A DNA stretch of 64,000 bases from contig NC_087245.1 in the NCBI RefSeq assembly GCF_037042905.1, positions 22,198,001-22,262,000 of the forward strand. The letters run 5' to 3'. The notes beneath the pieces are model-generated. The model did no database searches. It was not told the origin of the DNA and saw only the letters and a list, made by a program, of their open reading frames with translations. The translations under genes and the position numbers were made by a program. This document shows, in pieces, positions 1-10,900 of this stretch. The DNA comes from Lytechinus pictus (taxonomy: Eukaryota). Numbering within the stretch: position 1 is the stretch's first letter; every line of letters starts with the position of its first letter.

Positions 1-438
1 GGGGAGGAGGGAGGGGTTGTTCAATAGCCAAATTTCCAATGAAAAAAAATGTCACCATTGAAAAATTTACAATTCATTAAACTATGAAGAACCTCAATTT
101 GTATGATTTCAGTGTTGTAACTTTGCCATTATAGCAACTACATGGTAACCTTGATTTTGATTGGCTGCTGAGCCCCGTTACCATGGTAGTTACCATAATG
201 GCAAAGTTACAATTACTTGTAACTCTTTATGAAACGGGCCCCTGAAGTTTAAATCATTTTTTATAACCCTTTGAATATATGGTTATAACTGAAGTGAATA
301 TTAATTGTATCGCTTATCGTTTGACTGTACAATATACATGTAGGTTTTTTTTATACCTTAAGTACTACTTTATCTCAATACCAAATCAATAAATAGCAGA
401 GGAAATGCACTTGAAAATTGCAAATGTGAATTCCTTAC

Positions 439-546
439 TTCTTTCTTGCTGGCATTGATTCCTTCTGGAGGTTCCTTGGCCTTTAGTTGATCAAGGGAAT
501 ACTTGGGACAGTTCTCAAAACTGTCTTCTTGTTCTTCAGCCGCTTT
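439..546 (-). CDS. Villin-like exon, N-terminal half of the headpiece [36 protein letters not shown]
   Basis: AG/GTAAGG flanks, 108 nt; resembles the headpiece motif Y..E.L....LPEGVDP..KE. Confidence 0.9.
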
Positions 547-3500
547 CTGTATCCAGTTCAGACAAAAGAGGGTGTGAGAGAGAGGGGGGAGAGAGAGAGA
601 AAAACAGAGAGAGAAAGAGAGGGATAATGAGATAGAGGGAGAGACAGATACAGAGATACAGAGAGAAAGTGGAAGAGCAAAGAAGGCAGGGATAAAGAGA
701 AAAAGAATGGGATAGAGAAAGACAAAGAAAGGGAGAGAATGTGAGAGATGGAGAGAGAAAGAAAGAAAGGAAGGTGGAAATATTTATCAGATGAAGTTAA
801 AGTATAAATCTGATCGACAACATTTTACAATACAACAACTTGGGCCTGTTGCATATAGAAAGACTCTGGCATTTATTTCTACCAGAGTTTTTCAATGTGT
901 TATTGTCAATGGCATATTTTTGTTTACAAGAGTTTTTTTTAAAGGCAAAAGTTTTATGCAACTGGCCCCTGGTATCTAATTGGCCATCACTTTTAACATC
1001 TTTGCATTTCAGTAATATATGGTTTGGGTGTACTTGTACTGTGCATTATCAAGAAATTAAAAGCTTGACACAACAAAAAATGAGAATGAGCTATAAAGAA
1101 CATGTAGTTCTACTACTTCTCAACATTCTCACACGTGGAAACATTAAATAACACTTTGATGAATAATAAAGATAACAAAGCAAAGGGGAAATACAATATG
1201 ACAGCATTGTGAAATTGTTGTAGTATATTATCATTGTGTATGACATTTATTAGAACACACACGTCTGCACACATCTCACAGGAAATATACTAATGCAAGT
1301 CACAACACGAATAACACGCACAAAAAATGTCATTAAGTTTGTTATCATACTGATAATGAAGTGTTAGTAAAGATATGAAACATCTTATGAAACAAGAACC
1401 AAAAGAGAACTATATAACATTACAAAAGGCAAAGGGTGTTACTCAAAGGGTAGTAATGAGGAATGAGGAAATTGATTTAAAATTTGAAGAAAAAAATGGT
1501 TTGGTATTCATACACAACTGGTATAAATGAAAGATGATTAATAACAGTATGAGGAAGGGAGTGGGTATTTATATTTTATTTTAAAGCTTGTAAGATATTT
1601 GTATTCTCTCCGCACAATGATTATTGCTACAACAATAATAAATTGCAAAATGATTTTCCACTTTAATGAAAAACGGACAAAGGCCAGTGTTTTATAGACA
1701 TATTGTTACCCCAAGTATCAGATTCTTGACTTCCTACTTCTGATAGACGTGTGTGTGCACTTCACCACCTCCAGTCCTAAACTACTCAAATTTTCCTTGA
1801 TTTCTAGCACAGAGTGCAACATTTTGATTGTGTAGTCTTATAACCATATCCTAACTAAACAAATAATTATTTATTCCCTTCTTTTTACACCATTCGTACT
1901 GCAAATACCTTGCCAGAGAACTAAATATTAAAGTATGCTACCAAACATTTTTGTTTTCCAATAAAGATAATATGGCCAGGATAATCTAAACCCAAATCAA
2001 AACAAAAAAAATTATATCATTAAAAGGTCTGTGTATCAAGACTAATGCTTCAGGACATGAGCCTTTATACATCTGGGAGGACAGTCCCCTTTAATGTGAC
2101 AACAAATTATTGGAAAGGTGTGTGTCTCATACCTGACTGGCTACATTGTCATATACCCAGGTACAATAATGCATTCTGTACCTCAGCATCACCGGATATT
2201 ATCATCGACCCTGCCATCGTCTTCCTATGGTCGCAGGTCAAAGGGTAAAGGTCACATGGAGTGATGATGATAGGTTAGAGGTGAAGGATGAGTGACCGGC
2301 AAGCAGTGATATGGAAGGTCAGTGCATGGGTGAAGGAGTATAAACTTGTCACAGCAATGAATAGGAAAATGATGAATAATACATAGAGGGATGATAAATT
2401 ATAAATGAAAGACAAAAGAATATGTCTGTGCATGGATGAAGTAATATAATCTTGACACAACAATGAGTGAACAGTAGAAATGATAAATTATAGCGGGATA
2501 AATTGTAAATAGTATTAAAAAAAAAAGACTGGCCAGTACATGGAGGAAGTGGTATAAACTTGTCACAGCAATCAATGATGAGAGATGAATAATGGAGGAA
2601 TAAATTGTAAAATGAAATACAAAAGAATATGTCAGTGCGTGGTTGACATAGAATATTTGCCATAGCAATGAATGAATAAATGATAAATAATAGAGGGTTA
2701 TTAAATACTATTTCACATAAAAAGACAACAGAAAATGAGAACAAAAGATGGCACAGGAAAATGGGCACATACATGTATATAAAGGCATGCAAATTTTAGA
2801 CAAAAGTTACAATAAAGAAAATAAAAATAAAATATTCTTGTTTGATAATGACACAGTGCATAGGAAACATAATAGGATAAAATTTAAAAATATATTAAAA
2901 ATAATGAGTTAATATAATTGGACAGAAAATAACATTGAAACACATTTACCTTGGTATTCAAAGAAGACCTCCCCCACCCCCTCTCAACTTAAGAAACAAC
3001 TAAGTCAAAACCCATAGCAATAACTTCAATTGAAATGCAACTTTTTAGCATTTCAAGGATACCATGATATGCATTCAACCATAGATGTATAGCACTGCAC
3101 ATCATTAAAATAAAAAGAATTTGGTAGAATTTTAGGTGGTTCACTTCATGCTACACATATGAATGTATTACACGCATTGATCATCAAAATAATGATGCAA
3201 GAACATACACACACACAATCAAACTCAGTACCTGACTGACATTTAATTACATGCACTTGTATGCATGTTCCTCAACACCTTATCTAGGTTAATTATGATT
3301 TTTTTCCCATTACAAATTATCAAAGCCGGCTTTCCTATTTTTTTTTTATTTTCAGCATAATAATTACACTATTCATAAGGGGCTTAAAATCAAGTACATA
3401 CATGTAAGAGATGATCATCAACTCTATCACTGGAATCTATCAGTCTTGCCAACACACAACGTATCATCATTTTCCACACCCTGGGGAGTATTCCAGCCAT

Positions 3501-6500
3501 AAGACATGTATGTGTGACTCAAAAAGGTTAAAATCATAAAATGTTATTATATTGTGTACTTGCAGGTCCAAATGGATTTACATTCATAGTACACACCCAT
3601 GCCAACCCCTGCTTCATTAAGCCGATAGAAAGTTACACATATATTTGAACATGTTCTAGGGTGCTAGATCAGATTCTCGGTGATTGTAATTCCATCAGCT
3701 AAAGTTGAAATCTGAATGTTGGAGATTGTAATTCAGGGGAGAGTGTCATAAACATTTTTGTCCGACGAGTTGTCAGATCTGACGACTTTCCTTGATTTTG
3801 ATTGGCTGAGGAGCATTGTTTCTATGCTAACTGTCGGATTGAACAGGACTTGATAAAACGTCAGACAAGTTCTTTCATGAAACGCTACCCAGGTTGCCAA
3901 CAAGCATTTCTATGCCAACTTTATTATTTGTAAAGAAACAATTAGCAGAGAATAATTTTCCTGGTATCACACTGCCATTTACTCCACATTTTTTTAAAGA
4001 TTGCTATACAGAACATTTTTTGTGTGAAATTTTGTAAACACACTGTACTAGGGTAATTCAGCGCTTTTTTCCCCCTTATGACCGTAAATGCTAATCAATT
4101 TTGATGGGGAAATTTATTCCCTGATAAGGGTTATAGGAAAATCAGTCCAAATTTTATAAAATACCAAGAAAAAATTGGGGGTTCCTCATTTTACACAAGA
4201 ACATACTCCAACTCCAGCACTTTGAAAAGTCATGTGTAACTTTACAAACAAGTTTTAATGAAAAACCCTTTGTAACATCCACTTCTCTTCCCATGCTTTT
4301 ACTAACTTTAAAGGTGGTATTCTCATAAATTAACCCACAATCCAGACTACATAATAATTTAGTCCACACATTTATAGAATGGCAGTTTTTCTCTTCAATA
4401 TTTAAATATTCATTACAAATACAAAATTACCTAAGAATAAATTGTAATTCATTTATAATATATTTCCCAGCAATTCTATAAAGTCTGTACATCTGATCCC
4501 CTTCATGAAAGACTTTCTAGGATATATTTCTGCTTTTTGCATCATATGAAATCATGTAATGCTCTCAATTATCATGGCTCAAGTACTTCATGAAGTAAAG
4601 TAAAATAGAGAAAAGGGTAGTAAGAATGTATGAAAAGTGTTTATGGAAATGAATTTCATAGAGTATATTTTTCTTCTTATTTCACTGCTTAATTGATATT
4701 TTGGACACTTTTCACTACAGGATTAAAATGATCTATACTCAGTGCATGAGCTGGTAACAAGCAATCTGTAAAAGTGTGGTCTAAATCTAAAGTGTACCTC
4801 AGATTAACTTCATCAATGCTATGAAAATACAAACAATATATATAAGTTTAATTAGACCCTGGATCTCATTCATGTCAATCATGCTCCATAATTTGAGGTG
4901 AACGATTCATGCCATATTTGGTTAGGAAAAATTCAACCTCACCTTGACTTTTTTCTGTCAGACGAACAAGTAATCACAACGAAACAGAAATAATTCAAGA
5001 AGATGAATGACAAGAGAGCTTAAAAGGGCATCTGACCTATACTTTACTATGATATCTCTTGTAAGTCACAAACTTGGGTAAAATAAGGGAAAGAGCAATA
5101 GATTTTGAAATCCTTTTTTCAAGTAAATATGAAAAGTGATAGGAAGGATGAAGCATCAAAAGTGAGTAAAATAGGTTTAATGTGAACTACTGTCCTTCTA
5201 CGTACTAAAACTTCTAGGAACAAAAAATGTTATCAAAACCACCAGAATGCGTTAGGCTTAGAAAAAGAGCTAATATAGATTAACAGCATTATAATTTAGC
5301 TTTGGTAATAGCAACCATAACAGTATATTGTACAACCTTCACACACAAGAAATTGCAACAAGAAGAGTTCATGTTAATGTCATTGCCTATTAAAGCATGA
5401 ATTCAGAGATGGTTAATGATTGCTCTAAGTATAAGCTCCACACTTTGAAAATGAAAAGAGAATGCAAATGGACATAAAATTGTTTTGACAGATATGACAC
5501 ATTAGTTTTCTGCTCCATGAATGGTCATAACTCAGATGTAATTATATCAGATAATAGGTACAACTTACTTGATAATAATCTCTTTCATAATCAGTAAACA
5601 TAAGAAATACACACTGCAATTGAGGTAACTTTGTTCTCATTATTATTGAATTTCTTTTTTTTTCAATTCAATCTATTTTTTAAATGCATTCATTTGTATT
5701 TAAGATAAATTTTTGTTTCAATTTTGTTAAATTTCATTTTTATTATTACATTTTTAACCTATTTTTTTTATTATCTATTTTTCATATAAATGTATGATTC
5801 AAATTACTCTTACCAAGTCAATAACGACGGCAGCATTCTGTTTGGCAAGCTCTTGTCTCATCTGATCTTCCGTTTGCATGCTCTGTTCAGAGAATAATAT
5901 GAGGAAAGCATGCGTAACTAGATAAATTCTCGATTGCACAATGTCAAATATGCCTCAATAATTGCCCAATCTGAAAAATGTGCAATCAACTTCTCAGATT
6001 TTCAACAAAAAAATATAATAAGCTCATCATATTGTCACTGTTATTTGGACATCAACTCAAGACCTTTAAACTTACATTAGATCAATGTCACTTCTAAAAT
6101 AAGTACATGAGCCACGTTTGAATGAAACCCTTAAAATAAAAGCATAATCGAATATCTTGTTTTATTTCTGCTAAAAAGGAATTCCTGATTTAAGGCTATA
6201 ATCAAAGACATGAAAGATAGCATTATGGTTGTAAGACCCCAAACAATAAATTAATGATGATAATGTAAACTCAATGAACAGTCAATGGTTCTCACAAGAG
6301 CTGCCAACCTGAACAAGAACAACTAAGTATTTTAAAACCTGAATATCAGTATTTTTGTGAGGAAATCGGTATTTTCAAATAAATACCTGAGCACAACAGA
6401 TTAAACTGAAAATAGAAATCAGTATTTGGGATGAAACCACCTGTATTCTTTTAACATTTCAGTATTACAAGTAAATACTGAAAATTAGAACCAGTTAGCA

Positions 6501-7786
6501 GCTCTGTTACAGAATATTGCCGAGAAAGGGGATGGGGGCCGGGATACACATACTGACCTGGAAGTATTTGTTATCCCATGCCATGAACCAACCAGTGAAG
6601 GGCACCGGTTCAAAGCCCTGCTTGACCTGGATGAGTTGTGTGTTATCGAAGTCACGACCGCTAGGATCCGTCCCAAGGTATTCCTGTTTCCATGGCAATG
6701 ATAAAATCAACAATATATGATCAAATTCAAGATTTCAACAATCAAGTTTGGATTGTCTGTTTTTTCTTCAATTTGCTAAACAATTCCATTAAAACCCAGG
6801 AGAGTCAGTGGCAATATGTTCTTGGAGTGGTAAACCATAGATTCCTACAACAAAGGAAATACGAATTTGTTGTTTATTTACTTGGGTTTTTCTAAAACAC
6901 ATGGATATGACTACCTGATTGAAACTGTCAACAGTAATACATTGCATTAAAGTAAGACATTCAGATATGGTACTCCATAAACCAACATTGCTTGTCTGAT
7001 ATGGAAGATGAGGCAGCTTTCAGGTAGAAATGTGTGAACAAAAGAATCTTACAATTCAAGAATTTTACAATTTAAATACCTTGGCCAAAATTATCTTAAC
7101 AAAACAAACAATCCAATGCACATTTGCAAGTTGTGATTTCATGGTATAGAAATCCCTCATTTCAAAATTACTCCTTTTTATTTTCTACCTAATCCAGTCA
7201 CATATTTTTCTTGAATTTATGATGTATGTTGCAATCACAAATCAATACTGACCTAAATGTTGTTACACATTGTTCGTTTCCTTTTTTTTATATTCCTCTT
7301 ACCTTTGCTGTTATCAGGACTTGTTTCTTTTCATCTGCATTTGCACCAGCACCAACCCAGACATATATCTATAAGAATAAAAATAACAATGATAATAATT
7401 ACAATGACCTGCTGCTGCTGCTGCTGCTACTACTACTACTACTCCCACTACTACAACTACTACTACTACTACTACTTCTATTATTACTACTACAACTACT
7501 GCTGCTGCTGCTGCTGCTACTACTACTACTGCTGCTACTACTTCTATTATTACTACTACTACTACTACTACTGCTACTACTACTACTACTACTACTACTA
7601 CTAATACTACTACTACTGCTACTACTTCTACTGCTGCTACTACTACTTCTACTCCTACTACTCCTCCTACTACTACCACCACTACCACCACTACCACCAC
7701 TACTACATGTACTACTACTACTCCTACTACTCCTCCCACCACCACCACCACCACCACCACTACTACAACTACTACTACTACTACTT

Positions 7787-7823
<37 letters not shown>

Positions 7824-7904
7824 CACTACTACTACCACCACCACCACCACCACTACTACTACTTCTACTACTACTACCAATACTACTACCACTACTAATA
7901 CTAT

Positions 7905-7943
<39 letters not shown>

Positions 7944-10900
7944 AATACTTTCCACTCTATTGGAATATCTATTAATAGATAGACATGTTATAGGTACAAA
8001 CTCCCCCATGAAGGTAACAGCAAACTATCTTTAAAATGGTTGAGGAGAAAAGGACTTACTTCACTGTAAGCATCTAGGAGCATGACATCATCCACTATTA
8101 GATCATGCTGTGCGAAATTGCTAATCTCCTCCACCCTGAAGTTACCTGAAGCATTGGAACATTGGAACAGCCTTGGAGGTTGAGATGGTGCTTCCTCCTA
8201 CAAGAGATGGAAAGAAAGAGGTTGGTTATACATCAGCAGGAAAAAGAATGAGCTTTTGGATTAGCCAATGCAACGTTCTCGCTACCACGCGTCACGGTTG
8301 GCGGGCGCCGACAACCCTGAAAATTTTCAGGGCAAATCCGCCAACCGTGAACTTCCCCGACAACCGTGGCCGACAACTGTAAAACAGGCCTAGATCCACA
8401 AAAAAAAACTGAATAATATATTTAAAATAAAAACAATCTGCTTTTCAGATCCTAAAATAAACTTGTCGATTATTTCTTCCACGATTTCTTCCCGGGATTT
8501 CTTTGCTTCGCTACTATGCTGTATACGATACGACCTCGACTCGAGGCCCAATTTAACTCTCTCTCTCTTATGTGGGAAGTGCGAAGATGTTTACCTCCCA
8601 TTTATTTGCGTATCGCATTGCTCTCATTATTTACGTCTTTACAATGGTAGTAAAATAAGCTCAAAAATAAAGTGAGAAGAGAGGGGTACCGTGGGTTACT
8701 GGGTTGGGCAATGTAATTTAGATGTTACGAATTTCAGTTGATATTGTCATTTATTTTGTCAAAAGTAAAGTGTGTCAAAAAATAATATAAAAATTCGATC
8801 GAAATTTAGTTTCATCTCGTCCCAGGCCCCAACCTTATTATAGCTACATCTACATGAATTCATTGAATGCATTTCTGATGACACTGCCGTTGAACGAATT
8901 GAGAAAATTATTAAAAGATCACGTTAATAATGACAAAGCCACAGCCACAGGAATGGATTGATATAATGTCCAACTCATTTACTTACAGCAAAATGATTAT
9001 TCACATTTATATTCCAATTTTACTCCATAATTTCCAAAGTCTTGATCTCTACATCGATCTTTTGAAAGTGTTGATTAATTTCGCGACAGTGTGTCTACCA
9101 AGATCTGTGTCACTGCACTAGCGCTCGCCATGGCCACATACATAATACAAATCGCACATGGCATCAAAATCTATCCGAGTCTTCCAAAATTAGATGGGAT
9201 CCAAAACCGATTTGAATGTTTTTTTTTTCTTCAGATATTCATTGAATCTGTTATAATTTTCATAAGTAATAATCTTTATTAATTTTATTCACGCTTTTTA
9301 TCATATTACGACTCATTTTTTAATGTGAGTTATACGTACAGTGTATTTTCATTTGTTTTGTTCTTTATTACTCTTTGCCTGCCAATTAAATAATGAACGC
9401 ACCTGTCACCGTCCTGAGAAATGTTTTTAGTCATTACAGTGAGCATTCAGAATGCTTCATGAATTTGTTGTACAATTGCTTAACAACTCCCGGTAACAAC
9501 TACGATTTAAAATAAAATATTATTTGAAATTAATTTGTGTAAAGGAGAAAGAGAATAATGGGAGGTGGTCGTGGGCAATGTAAATGAAAATGATGGGATG
9601 TTTGTGACTTTGTGGGGGAGGGGATTGGCGAAAAGAAGTCAATGTTCGGAGCGAATTAAATTAATATTCTTTTATGGATGTGTCTACTGTGATTGTGGCT
9701 GTATAATCTTTATGGCGAGTGGAAAATCAACCCTTGGACTTGGTCGGGAGGGGTACGTGATTCAATAGATTTCAATAAAAGTACACATTCAACAAAGTGG
9801 AATTGACAATTCATTCACAGATATTCATTTCAGGGCCGCGGAAACAGGGGGGGGGGGACTGGGTGGGCTTCAGCTCCCCCACTTTTTTTTCCAAAACCGT
9901 GTACAAAAACAGGACCACCTGATTGCGTTTTTTGCATGATGGTCAGCCCCCCCCCCCCACTTTCAAGACCTTTCCGCGGCCCCTGCATTTCAAGTACGAA
10001 TTATTGAAGTTGATATGTGTGAACGTTTTAGAGGATATGTATTTCGTTTGCCCACGCCCACATGAGTCGCTAGTATAATTTGAATATCGCTGAATGAATT
10101 TTTCAATTTCACTTATGTCGTTATATATGTTTTATATCGGAATTGTGTTTTATATATAGAGTTATCTTTACAACGTCGTTAGCCTAATTACTGCGAGTGG
10201 ATTATATTTATGAAATGAGTTGGAATGTGAACGAGACGCCCCAAAGCCGATGGCACGTGATCTAATTAGTATTCACTTTCTGGGTTGAGCCAATCATTGT
10301 GCTTGAAAACGGGTTTCCCCGAATTCCCGCCCTTGGAATGACTGTGTACCATGTGCGTGACCTGTTAACCTGTTGTATGAATGCGAATCAGCTGGTTTCG
10401 TGACCTCAAATATTCTTCATGTTGTTTACGCTGGATGGGGGCTATAAAAAGATCTTTCTGACTCTTTTTTTTTTCAATTTTAATAATCTGTTCGTGAATT
10501 TCTGTAACTTGAAAACTGATGCAATTTATTGAATCACGTACCTCGATCTTCCCATTCATGGTGCAAGAAAATATTTTTAAAATTTAAAATCGCCAAAATA
10601 TACATGTAAAGAAAGATTATTCAGCCGTCATCATCAGTAGTAGTATAGACATGTCTATAAATATGCATTCGCTTCGAATATTGACTTCTTCACCAATCCC
10701 ACACACACGTACGATCTCAACATCCCCTTGTCATTGTCCACGCCACGACCCCTCCCCTTTCGCGTTCCCCCTTCGACCATCCTAGCTACAACCCTCCCCC
10801 CCCCTCTTCCTCTCTTTCACACACGCTGTATTTGTAGGCCTACATAGTGCATTATTTAAAAATACAAATCTGCTTTCCTGTCAATTAAGCTTTACTTTCA

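Noticed and set aside
2950..2999. Possible exon ending at donor AAG/GTAAAT near 2949
   Set aside because: Poor acceptor or in-frame stop, and no protein-like content
7226..8009. Long ORFs of poly-Leu/Tyr/Val (249, 231, 115 aa)
   Set aside because: Translations of the compound triplet microsatellite within a villin intron
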